Source: a virus. From it: 64,000 bases of DNA. The notes beneath the pieces were generated by a model, which had not been told where the DNA came from, ran no database searches, and saw only the letters and a program-made list of their open reading frames with translations. Position 1 is the first letter of the stretch; the number at the start of each line of letters is the position of its first letter. The stretch covers positions 64,001-128,000 of IMG/VR virus record IMGVR_UViG_3300017917_001336, one strand, 5' to 3'. This document shows positions 21,824 to 30,864 of the stretch, one piece after another. The position numbers and the translations under genes are program-made.

Positions 21824-22771
21824 ATGATTGAATGGGGAATAAATGCTCTAAACCACGGCAGTAGTTTAGCCGTGTTTAAGAGTGGAGAATATAAAGCTAA
21901 TATGATAGCTAATACTGACGAGATTCCGAGCGAAATAATTCGTTCAGCATTAGATTACGGGTCTCCAGATAAAATATACTGGTACGAAAATCCATGGACG
22001 AAAAAGGCTAGACAAATTTACGCAGGACAATATAAGACAGCAATTGATTTGTCTGTGCTTCCAAGTAAATATCTTAAACGTGCGAGGCTAGACTATGCAT
22101 CCTTATATTATACTCCTCATCATGCTAGTCATGCTGCCGCTGGGTATTATACTAGTCCTTTCAACCATACTGCGATTGTGGTTTTAGATGCTATTGGCGA
22201 ATTTGATTGTGCAAGTATTTGGGAAGGAAAACACGGAGAAATTCGGAAAGTGTGGAGCAAACGTTATCCACATAGTTTAGGATTATTTTATTCAGCCTTT
22301 ACAAAATTACTTGGATTAGAGCCAATTAAACAGGAATTTTTATTACAACAAATGAGCGATCAAGGAAACCCTAATAAGTATTATTTTGATGTAAAAGAGT
22401 ATATAGGTACGTTAGTGCAAGCTCATAAAAATATGCATAGAGGCATTAACGATTGGCCGCATGAAATTAAAAATTTACAAGATCAATGTGATATTGCAGC
22501 CGCAGTTCAAGAAATATTTACAGAACAAGTAGATATGGTAATGAAACAAGCTATCGAGCTGACTGGCGCTGATTCTTTGGTGTACATGGGCGGTTGTGCT
22601 ATGAATAGTAAAACAAACAAACAAGTTGTCGAACCTAAATTTAAATGGATTTGGTCATTGCCAAATCCCGGCGATCCTTCTAGTTCAATTGGTGCAGTTA
22701 CATATCACAATAAACAACGAGTCTGGCGTAATGATTGGACACCAATCAAACATATTGCTATTAAGGTATAA
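21824..22771 (+). CDS. Carbamoyltransferase (NodU/CmcH family), N-terminal domain only
   Basis: HHASHAA, DAIGE, SLGLFYS, GGCAMN, PNPGD motifs. Confidence 0.85.
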   Translation: MIEWGINALNHGSSLAVFKSGEYKANMIANTDEIPSEIIRSALDYGSPDKIYWYENPWTKKARQIYAGQYKTAIDLSVLPSKYLKRARLDYASLYYTPHHASHAAAGYYTSPFNHTAIVVLDAIGEFDCASIWEGKHGEIRKVWSKRYPHSLGLFYSAFTKLLGLEPIKQEFLLQQMSDQGNPNKYYFDVKEYIGTLVQAHKNMHRGINDWPHEIKNLQDQCDIAAAVQEIFTEQVDMVMKQAIELTGADSLVYMGGCAMNSKTNKQVVEPKFKWIWSLPNPGDPSSSIGAVTYHNKQRVWRNDWTPIKHIAIKV

Positions 22772-22789
22772 AGATAATATAATATAACA

Positions 22790-24220
22790 ATGAAACAAAA
22801 TACAGATTACGGTTACGATATTCAAAAAGTATATTTAGAAATGATGCTTGCAGATGCAGCAACATTTGCTCGATGTCAAACAATTTTTGATCCTAGCTTG
22901 TTTGATAGAAAATTGCAACTAGGCGCAGAGTTTATCAATGAATATATTAAAGAACATTCAGTGATGCCAACTGAAGAGATTGTAAATGCTGCTACCAGCA
23001 TGAATTTTAAAGTTCCACACGATTTAAGAGAAGAGCACTTTGATTGGCTATTAAACGATTTTGAAACTTTTACAAGGCACAAAGGTCTTGAACGTGCTAT
23101 CCTTGAATCAGCAGACATGTTAGAAAAAGGTGAGTACGGAACTGTAGAAGAAAAAATTAAAAAAGCAGTACAAGTTGGTCTAACCAAAGACATGGGCACT
23201 GATTACTGGGCTGATCCTAGGGCCCGTCTAATGAAAATCAAAGATAAGAATGGTCAAATTAGTACAGGCTGGAAGTCAGTTGATGACAAACTATTTGGCG
23301 GAATGAATCGAGGCGAATTGAATATTTTTGCGGCAGCTTCGGGTGGCGGTAAGTCTTTGTTCCTTGCAAACTTAGGTGTTAACTGGGCAATGGCAGGATT
23401 AAATGTAATTTACTTAACACTTGAACTTAGTGAAGAACTAGTGTCAATGCGTGTTGATTCGATGATTACAGGAATTCCAACTAGAGAAATTTTTAAGAGT
23501 CTTGATGATGTAGAAATGAAAGTTAAAATGATTGGTAAAAAATCTGGTAGCTTTCAAGTCAAGTACATGCCAAGCGGTAAAACAGCAAACGATATTAGAA
23601 GTTATCTAAAAGAATATGAAATTAGAATGGGCCAAAAGTGTGATGTATTGTTAGTTGACTACTTAGACTTGTTAATGCCAATGAGTAAGAAGATTTCAGC
23701 AGAAAACTTGTTTATTAAAGACAAGTATGTCTCTGAAGAATTGCGTAACTTAGCAATGGAAAAGAATTGTATTTTTGTAACTGCGGCACAGTTAAATCGC
23801 GGAGCAGTTGAAGAAGTAGAATTTGATCATTCACACATTTCAGGTGGACTATCTAAAATCCAAACCGCAGATAATGTAATTGGTATCTTTACTAGTCGTG
23901 CAATGCGTGAACGTGGACGTTATCAAATTCAATTTATGAAAACACGTAGTTCTAGTGGTGTTGGACAAAAAATTGATTTAGAATTTAACATTGATACTTT
24001 AAGAATTACTGATCTTGAACAAGAAGATAGTTATGGCAATAGTAGCGTACAAAGTGCAGGTAGCACACTATTGGCTAGTATTAAAAATCGAGCAACCGTT
24101 GATGCCCAAACTGGAGAAATTGATCCAAACAGTTTAACACCAGTACCAAAAATTAAAGCACAAGTTGAATCGAGTAAACTAAGAGAATTACTTAACAATT
24201 TACCATCCGACGATCTTTGA
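22790..24220 (+). CDS. Replicative DnaB/gp41-like helicase
   Basis: ASGGGKS, LELSE, VDYLDL, AQLNR, TAD, KTR. Confidence 0.93.
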   Translation: MKQNTDYGYDIQKVYLEMMLADAATFARCQTIFDPSLFDRKLQLGAEFINEYIKEHSVMPTEEIVNAATSMNFKVPHDLREEHFDWLLNDFETFTRHKGLERAILESADMLEKGEYGTVEEKIKKAVQVGLTKDMGTDYWADPRARLMKIKDKNGQISTGWKSVDDKLFGGMNRGELNIFAAASGGGKSLFLANLGVNWAMAGLNVIYLTLELSEELVSMRVDSMITGIPTREIFKSLDDVEMKVKMIGKKSGSFQVKYMPSGKTANDIRSYLKEYEIRMGQKCDVLLVDYLDLLMPMSKKISAENLFIKDKYVSEELRNLAMEKNCIFVTAAQLNRGAVEEVEFDHSHISGGLSKIQTADNVIGIFTSRAMRERGRYQIQFMKTRSSSGVGQKIDLEFNIDTLRITDLEQEDSYGNSSVQSAGSTLLASIKNRATVDAQTGEIDPNSLTPVPKIKAQVESSKLRELLNNLPSDDL

Positions 24221-24278
24221 TTATCTGGCAGTTTATTGTAAAATTAATAAATACGCATATAACTGCTAGGAAACCGCC

Positions 24279-24722
24279 ATGGAATTGCACCACATCAAAG
24301 ATTTATCTGACCCTCTTGTTAAAGTAATTAAGGACGATCCCGTTCGCCCACACATCCCATTAGAACAAAGAATTAATGATGCTGCTGAAATTTTAATTCT
24401 TAAGGCAGGAGAAGAAATTCTTGCGGCTACTTGTATGCAGTGGTTAAAAGACATTCCTGAAGACGAACAAGATCTAGTTGAAATGGAAAAGGATAAAGAA
24501 GTAGCAGTATTCTATACTATTTGGAGTTATAAGCCAGGTGCAGGACAAGCATTGATTAAACAAGCTGCAGATTGGTTATTAAGCGAATATAAGGATATTA
24601 AAAACATTGTTACGCTAAGTCCACAAACAGAAATGGCTCGTCGTTTCCACCATAAAAACGGTGCTAAAACTCTACGAGAAAATCAAACAAGTGTTAATTA
24701 CGAATATTACTCAAAAAAGTAA
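24279..24722 (+). CDS. Hypothetical protein, possibly GNAT-like fold
   Basis: FYTIWSYKPGAG...ARRFH.KNG pattern. Confidence 0.5.
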   Translation: MELHHIKDLSDPLVKVIKDDPVRPHIPLEQRINDAAEILILKAGEEILAATCMQWLKDIPEDEQDLVEMEKDKEVAVFYTIWSYKPGAGQALIKQAADWLLSEYKDIKNIVTLSPQTEMARRFHHKNGAKTLRENQTSVNYEYYSKK

Positions 24723-24740
24723 CTAGTAAATCACACAAAT

Positions 24741-24764
24741 AAACCCCGAAAGGGGTTTTTCTTT
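24741..24764 (+). terminator. Intrinsic terminator
   Basis: AAACCCC-GAAA-GGGGTTT plus T-tract. Confidence 0.85.
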
Positions 24765-24803
24765 GGGCGATAAATACAGTACCTATTCAAGGACTGTGAC
24801 CTA

Positions 24804-27569
24804 ATGAAACACGTAAGATTACCGGCGTATGACGCTTACGATTTAGATAGACTAAGCTATTCTAACGGCGAATTAGTAAATGATACAACTAATGCGATTA
24901 TCCGTTATATGGACGGAGAAACCCCTGGCGGCTTTAAAATTGCTACCCAAGACTATGTGCAGGCTAATGCTATTACACAGTCTAACTTAGATTCAGCATT
25001 AACTGTAAAATTACAACCATATGCAAAAACAACAGATTTAGCACCATACGCTCTTACAGTTGATGTAAACAATGCGATTGCTGCTATTCCAGTTTACTCA
25101 TTACCAACTGCATCTACCTCAATTAAAGGTGGTGTTAAGGTTGATGGTACAACGATTCTTATCGATGGTAATGGTGTTATTAGCGGTGCTAATCAATATG
25201 TGTTGCCAACAGCCGGTGTAGGATCAGGTGGAACAAAAGGTGGTGTTAAGGTAGACGGCACAACAATTCTTATTGATGGCAACGGTGTTATCAGTGGTGC
25301 TAACCAATATGTACTTCCTACAGCATCTACTACAGTTAAAGGTGGGGTTATTATACCTGCTGTGGGGACTAGCGGTCTTAACAACTCAGCAGGATCGATT
25401 ACACTAGCTACTGCTAGCACTACACAGTTAGGTGGTGTTAAAGTTGATGGTACAACTATTACTATCAGTAATGGAGTTATCAGCGGTAGTAATCAATACG
25501 TATTACCAACTGCAACAACATCAGTTTTAGGCGGCGTAACTGTTCCTGCAACAGCTAACTCAGGTTTAACAAATACATCAGGTGCAATACGTATTGCAAC
25601 AGCTAGTACAAACCAAATTGGTGGTGTTAAAGTAGACGGTGTTACAATTACTATTAACGGTTCTGGTGTTATTTCTGCTAACATTACAGGTGCAATTATT
25701 TTCCAAGGCGGTTGGGATGCTAGTCTTAACAGTCCAACCCTAAACAACTCTAGTGGTGCATTTAACGTAAACGGTTATGAATTTGTTACAACTGTAGCTG
25801 GTACAGTAAACTTTGGTGCAGGTAACGTAACATTTGCTGTTGGTGATAACGTAATTTATGATGGTACTAAATGGGTTAAAGTTCCTATTGGTTCAAGTGC
25901 TGGACAAACTAATAGTATATTAACAGTTAACAACTCAGGCACAGGTGATGCAAGTGGTACAACTTTTAATGGTTCTTCTCCTATAACAATCAGTTACAAC
26001 TCAGTAGGAGCAAGTCCGTTAGCTGGAAGTAGTAGTTTAACAACTGTAGGCACAATAACATCTGGTACATGGAGCGGCAATATTATTAGCCCAACTTACG
26101 GCGGTACTGGGATTAACAATGGCTCTTATACATTAACAATTACAGGCGCCAACAGAACATTAGATCAAAACGTATCGTCAGGTTCTAGCCCATCATTTGA
26201 CGGAACAAACTTTTCTGGAACTGCATCAAGTTTATCAGTAGGGTCAGCTTCAAATGCAACATCAGCAACATCAGCAGGTAAGTCAACAAACATTGCTGGT
26301 GGTACTGCTAATAGAATTCCTTATCAAACTGCTGCAGATACAACAAGTTTTATTGCTGCACCTGCAGACGGTACATTCCTTAATTATACTACAGCAGGTG
26401 GACTAGCATGGACTAGTACAATAGCGGCTACTACTGCAACAAACGTAAGTGGTGGTGCAGCCAACAGAATTGTATATCAAACAGGTGCTAGTACTACAGG
26501 ATTTATAGCTGCGCCAGCAAGTACCAACACATACTTACAATGGAACGGAACAGCGTTTGTGTTTGCCGCAGTTTCTGGTGCAACTGGTGGTACAGTAACA
26601 TCTGTTAGTGGTACTGGTACAGTTAGCGGTATAACATTATCAGGTACTGTAACATCTACTGGTAACTTAACATTAGGCGGCTCTTTAAGTTTAGTAAGCC
26701 CTCCTGCAATTGGTTCAACAACACCAAACACCGGTGCATTTACTATCCTTACAGTTAACTCAGCTTCAACTTCAGCAGTTACACTAAGCCCAACAGGAAC
26801 TGGTACAGTAACTATAAACCCAACAACTGCTGGTACAATTAATAACATGAGTATTGGTGCTACAACAGCATCAACTGGACGCTTTACAACAATTACGTCA
26901 ACTGTTACTACTGGTACTGCTCCATTTACTGTTGCTTCAAGCACTAACGTGGCTAACTTAAATGCTAGTTCGTTAAACGGTGCAACTTTTGCAAGCCCCG
27001 GACAAATCGGTTCAGTTACTGCATCGTCAGGAAGATTTACTACTATTGAATCAACAGTAACAACAGGTACTGCACCATTTACAGTAGCGTCTACAACTAA
27101 CGTGGTCAACTTAAACGCTAGTTCACTGAATGGTGCAACGTTTGCAAGTCCAGGATCAATTGGTAGTAGCGTAGCAGGCAGTGGTGCATTTACTACTGTA
27201 ACTGCTACAACAAGCGTTAAGGCCAGTGGTAGTGGTGGTGTTGGTTATAACACAGGTGCTGCCGCAGGTGGTACTGTAACACAGTTAGTTTCACGTACAA
27301 CAGGTGTTACCCTTAACAAAATTACTGGACAAATTACTTTGTTTACAGCAGCTGGTGATAACACTCAATGGTTAACATTTACAGTTACTAATAGTACTGT
27401 AGTCGCAACTGACGTTGTTATTGTTACTGGAGATACTGCTACTAACAAATATATTGCCAACGTGTCTAATGTAACTGCAGGATCGTTTGATATTACTTAC
27501 TTCTCTTTTGGTACAGCTATTGATGCACCAACATTTAACTTTGCTGTAATCAAAGGATCAAATAACTAA
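24804..27569 (+). CDS. Tail fibre / virion fibre protein with internal repeats
   Basis: Gly/Thr/Ser-rich; repeated LPTA..GGVKVDG.TI units and two TVTTGTAPFTVAS..NLNASSLNGATFASPG units; TAAATA promoter. Confidence 0.8.
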   Translation: MKHVRLPAYDAYDLDRLSYSNGELVNDTTNAIIRYMDGETPGGFKIATQDYVQANAITQSNLDSALTVKLQPYAKTTDLAPYALTVDVNNAIAAIPVYSLPTASTSIKGGVKVDGTTILIDGNGVISGANQYVLPTAGVGSGGTKGGVKVDGTTILIDGNGVISGANQYVLPTASTTVKGGVIIPAVGTSGLNNSAGSITLATASTTQLGGVKVDGTTITISNGVISGSNQYVLPTATTSVLGGVTVPATANSGLTNTSGAIRIATASTNQIGGVKVDGVTITINGSGVISANITGAIIFQGGWDASLNSPTLNNSSGAFNVNGYEFVTTVAGTVNFGAGNVTFAVGDNVIYDGTKWVKVPIGSSAGQTNSILTVNNSGTGDASGTTFNGSSPITISYNSVGASPLAGSSSLTTVGTITSGTWSGNIISPTYGGTGINNGSYTLTITGANRTLDQNVSSGSSPSFDGTNFSGTASSLSVGSASNATSATSAGKSTNIAGGTANRIPYQTAADTTSFIAAPADGTFLNYTTAGGLAWTSTIAATTATNVSGGAANRIVYQTGASTTGFIAAPASTNTYLQWNGTAFVFAAVSGATGGTVTSVSGTGTVSGITLSGTVTSTGNLTLGGSLSLVSPPAIGSTTPNTGAFTILTVNSASTSAVTLSPTGTGTVTINPTTAGTINNMSIGATTASTGRFTTITSTVTTGTAPFTVASSTNVANLNASSLNGATFASPGQIGSVTASSGRFTTIESTVTTGTAPFTVASTTNVVNLNASSLNGATFASPGSIGSSVAGSGAFTTVTATTSVKASGSGGVGYNTGAAAGGTVTQLVSRTTGVTLNKITGQITLFTAAGDNTQWLTFTVTNSTVVATDVVIVTGDTATNKYIANVSNVTAGSFDITYFSFGTAIDAPTFNFAVIKGSNN

Positions 27570-29569
27570 ACGCCAGCTAACTTACGCACACGAGTTAGCT
27601 CTGCGCTTTCTTTAAATCCGTCTATAGTATTTGATGCACTTGCCGGGGTATTAAAGTTTTGTGTTGGCGATTGCGGAGGAGTAGTTCCGTATGCATGGTC
27701 TACTAGCATGTCAATAAACTGTTCAACAGTATTGCCAAATGCCTTGTTAGCCGCCACTGCAGCCGCAAAACCTGTACCAGCACCGATGATAGCCGCCGGA
27801 ATAACACCTATAACAGTTGGACTGGCCACAGTACCTGCCAAGGCCGCGCCAAATATAGCAGCCACAATCTCAAGACCAAAACGTGCAATAGGTTGTGCAA
27901 TAATCTTAGTAACTTCAGCACGATACTGATCCTGTGTCATCTTCTTAGGATCAAGTGCTTGATACTTGGCAACAGCATCGCTTACTTCAACGTAAATTGA
28001 ATAACCTAACAACAACCAACCACCTGCTTTAAATGCAGCACCAGTAGCGGCTTTGGCATTTGTTACAGCAGTCTTAGGTGCTTGTGCTACTTTAGCGGCA
28101 AACTCATCAGCGGCTAAATCTAAACGTGTGGTGCCAATTTTAACCGAGTTCCAAGTATTTGGTAATAAACTTTTTTGAATACTGTCTTGTGGAATGCCTG
28201 TTAAGAATGCACGGAATCGAGCACTCCAAGATGCTTTACCAGCGGCACTGGATAAATCAACTGGACTGGTTTGTTGTTGGCTAACAAACTTAACAGCTTT
28301 GTTAAACAGTTTACGAAACTCTGGATCTTTAAGTGCAGAACTAAGTGCTTCCTTTTGAAACTCGGGCGCACTAGTTTTTAAACTACTACGCAAAAAATTT
28401 CTAAATTCTTTGTCCGCTACTTCACCATTGGGAAATGACTTGGGCATTTTGTTAGGGTCAACAAACTCAGCAGTAATGTTTTGATCCAAGAAGCTTTTTT
28501 CAATCATAGCAACAATTTGCTCGTTAGACATCTTGGGTTTAACATCCCGGGCCATTTGTTCCACGGCTTGTTGTAATCGTGAGTTAAGTTCTACAGGGTC
28601 ACGCCAATAAGCATCACCATGATAGTCTGTGGGTATCTTAGGATTAGCTGGCGCCGCACCGGTCTTTAAACGATCACGTAACACAGCCATTTCTTGACGA
28701 TGTGCTGTTAGTCGTTCGCTAGCTGACTTAATAGCAGCTTGATCACCACTGCGAGTAGCGGCAGTTAGTGTTTTTTGTAATTCAGGTTCTTGTTTGACTA
28801 ATTCAGCTAAACGATCGCGATTTTCTACAGCTTGTCGTAAAAATGAGTTAGGAATAGTCTTAGGATCAGTACCCGGAGGAATAGCATCTAGTTGGGCCTT
28901 AAACTTAGCACGGTCGGCGTTTGCATTAACTCGACGCTGTGTGTCAGCCATGCTCATACCTTGTAGTGCGTTATAATGGTGATTTAATTCGTGAGCAATA
29001 GTAGAACGCATACCCTTTAAATCACTAGTAACACGATTGGTAACCCAAAGTCTGTTTGCACGTGGCCCCGGAGAATTAATATTCATGTTGCCCGTGATAG
29101 TTTCTGTGGGTATGTTAATTTGTAGTTTATGCCCTTGCTTTTCTAACCAACTAGCCATGCGGGGATCTTGGCGGAAATCACCCATGCTTGGGCGAGCATT
29201 AGCCTTGTCTGATCGGGCCAAGTCCCAGGGATCAGCAACCTTTGGATTATACTGATAGCCCGTCTTAGGATCAGCAAACCATGTACTAGCACTAGCACGG
29301 GGCATGTCAATAGTATATCCCCCATCGGGTAACTGTTTAAACTTAGCCATGGGCTCAAAGTTAACTTGCCCAGACTGCGCTAATATCTGAACTTGTGGAC
29401 TTTTAAAATCTGCAGGATTAATACCCATGTCTGTTAAATTAACACGAGACCCGTCTTTGACTTTACCGGGGTTGGCATTTAAGTAGTCAATGATCTTTTG
29501 ACTAATTAGTGATAGTTCCTGTTGTGCAACAGCATCTTCTTGTACTAATTGAATATATTCGCGGAGCAT
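27566..29569 (-). CDS. Hypothetical virion (internal/ejection) protein with HExxH motif and C-terminal hydrophobic helices
   Basis: AHELNHH; Gly/Ala-rich hydrophobic segments; TAAATA 5 nt upstream of ATG. Confidence 0.55.
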   Translation of the reverse strand: MLREYIQLVQEDAVAQQELSLISQKIIDYLNANPGKVKDGSRVNLTDMGINPADFKSPQVQILAQSGQVNFEPMAKFKQLPDGGYTIDMPRASASTWFADPKTGYQYNPKVADPWDLARSDKANARPSMGDFRQDPRMASWLEKQGHKLQINIPTETITGNMNINSPGPRANRLWVTNRVTSDLKGMRSTIAHELNHHYNALQGMSMADTQRRVNANADRAKFKAQLDAIPPGTDPKTIPNSFLRQAVENRDRLAELVKQEPELQKTLTAATRSGDQAAIKSASERLTAHRQEMAVLRDRLKTGAAPANPKIPTDYHGDAYWRDPVELNSRLQQAVEQMARDVKPKMSNEQIVAMIEKSFLDQNITAEFVDPNKMPKSFPNGEVADKEFRNFLRSSLKTSAPEFQKEALSSALKDPEFRKLFNKAVKFVSQQQTSPVDLSSAAGKASWSARFRAFLTGIPQDSIQKSLLPNTWNSVKIGTTRLDLAADEFAAKVAQAPKTAVTNAKAATGAAFKAGGWLLLGYSIYVEVSDAVAKYQALDPKKMTQDQYRAEVTKIIAQPIARFGLEIVAAIFGAALAGTVASPTVIGVIPAAIIGAGTGFAAAVAANKAFGNTVEQFIDMLVDHAYGTTPPQSPTQNFNTPASASNTIDGFKESAELTRVRKLAGV

Positions 29570-29580
29570 GATAGTATTTA

Positions 29581-29660
29581 CCGCGCGAAGCGGCAGCGCA
29601 GATTTTAAGAAGCGCGAAGCGTTAGCGCAAAAAAATAACCGCGAAGCGGCAACGGTAAAC
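29581..29660. repeat. Three GCGAAGC mini-hairpin repeats in a divergent intergenic region
   Basis: GCGAAGC at 29585, 29614, 29641. Confidence 0.8.
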
Positions 29661-29701
29661 GCGATACCGAGCGTTCTGTTGGCTGTGCCATAAATAATTA
29701 T

Positions 29702-30133
29702 ATGTTAAACATGACTGCAATCAACGGTTTCCGCAGCATCTTAGCTGACACTTGCACCCGCCATGGTTGGCAAGCACCCGAAACTGTACTAGACTACTCT
29801 GTTAAGATTCTAGCTGACAAGCTGGATAAAAATCCATGGCAACCTGAGCCTAGCTACGCAGAACGCTATATGACCCTTAAAAGCATCACAGAAGCTATAG
29901 AATTGGGCAATACTTGTTGGTTCACTAGGGCTGTATTTCCAGAGCTAATGCAGCGTAGAGGTTTAAGCAGCCGTTACTTTGTAGATATGGGTCAAGGATG
30001 CTATAGTATGGTTCTTAAGCATAATCCGCACCCAGCTATATCTATACTAAACAAACACTTTGAGTTTACAGCTGAAATAGCATATACAGCAGTACGCCAC
30101 TTTAACAGTCAGCGTGAAATGTGGGATTTATAA
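29702..30133 (+). CDS. Hypothetical protein
   Basis: 143 aa; TAAATA 5 nt upstream. Confidence 0.65.
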   Translation: MLNMTAINGFRSILADTCTRHGWQAPETVLDYSVKILADKLDKNPWQPEPSYAERYMTLKSITEAIELGNTCWFTRAVFPELMQRRGLSSRYFVDMGQGCYSMVLKHNPHPAISILNKHFEFTAEIAYTAVRHFNSQREMWDL

Positions 30134-30340
30134 GGGCAAACCTGTAGCTAAGTCTAGTGCGGGATCTACATGTTCTACACTAGAACCAAAACGTATAATA
30201 AACTCTGTTAGTAACGGACCTTCTGGGATCCAAAAACGTGTACGATTTAAGTGCATTTCACTGGCTATACTATGACTCTTGATATAGTTGATAACGTGTA
30301 CAAAGTTTGGATTTTGGGTTAGAATATAATAGTGTCTCAT
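30128..30340 (-). CDS. Hypothetical protein
   Basis: 70 aa ORF; TAAATA upstream. Confidence 0.55.
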   Translation of the reverse strand: MRHYYILTQNPNFVHVINYIKSHSIASEMHLNRTRFWIPEGPLLTEFIIRFGSSVEHVDPALDLATGLPL

Positions 30341-30468
30341 GCTAGAATATTTACTTGTGTGCCCTTGGGACGAGTATTATTATAGAGCCACATGTGATAA
30401 CGATGTAGTGTATTGTAGCTAGTACGATTAGGCGGGGATTGTTTTAAGTATTGAGCAGTTGTCCACAT
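30337..30468 (-). CDS. Small ORF, 43 aa (MWTTAQYLKQ...), not in the ORF track
   Basis: AAGGAGCGAA RBS, TAAATA upstream, stop overlaps the next ATG. Confidence 0.5.
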   Translation of the reverse strand: MWTTAQYLKQSPPNRTSYNTLHRYHMWLYNNTRPKGTQVNILA

Positions 30469-30722
30469 AGTTTCGCTCCTTGTGACAACGTATTTAATGA
30501 TATTTGACTATTGCCCAGAATGGGTCCTGCAGGATAAAAAAATAGCCGCGCAAAAAATTATAGGGAAGTACTTACAGATTCATGATGGTGATTTTGAGTC
30601 TATATGGGGTGTTTTTTTAGGTTGCGCTGTTGCAAAAATGCCACACATTTTATATTATATACCCCGACCCCCCATAAACCGAACCGAGCCCCACCGACCA
30701 CCGAGAGGCCGAACCTGAGACC

Positions 30723-30864
30723 AAAAAAAACCCCTAGGATACCGGGAGCGAATCGGGTTTATACCTAGGGGCACTACAAAGGCCGTTGCCTCGTTGGCGT
30801 CGACCGCTGACAGCTTACCGGGAGCGAATCGTTGGGCTGTCTACTACAGTATGCACTACAGCTC
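30723..30864 (-). ncRNA. Candidate 3'UTR-derived sRNA with two anti-RBS stem-loops and an intrinsic terminator
   Basis: Identical 16-mer CGAUUCGCUCCCGGUA in the loops of stems GACAGC/GCUGUC and CCCCUAGG/CCUAGGGG, then U8. Confidence 0.7.

Noticed and set aside
30482-30718. Plus-strand 78 aa ORF
   Set aside because: No RBS; runs through operator and low-complexity C-rich DNA
30731-30841. Twin hairpins read on the plus strand as a CsrB-like GGA sponge
   Set aside because: The U-tract and the upstream gene both indicate minus-strand transcription, and no plus-strand promoter was seen; not fully excluded without stranded RNA data
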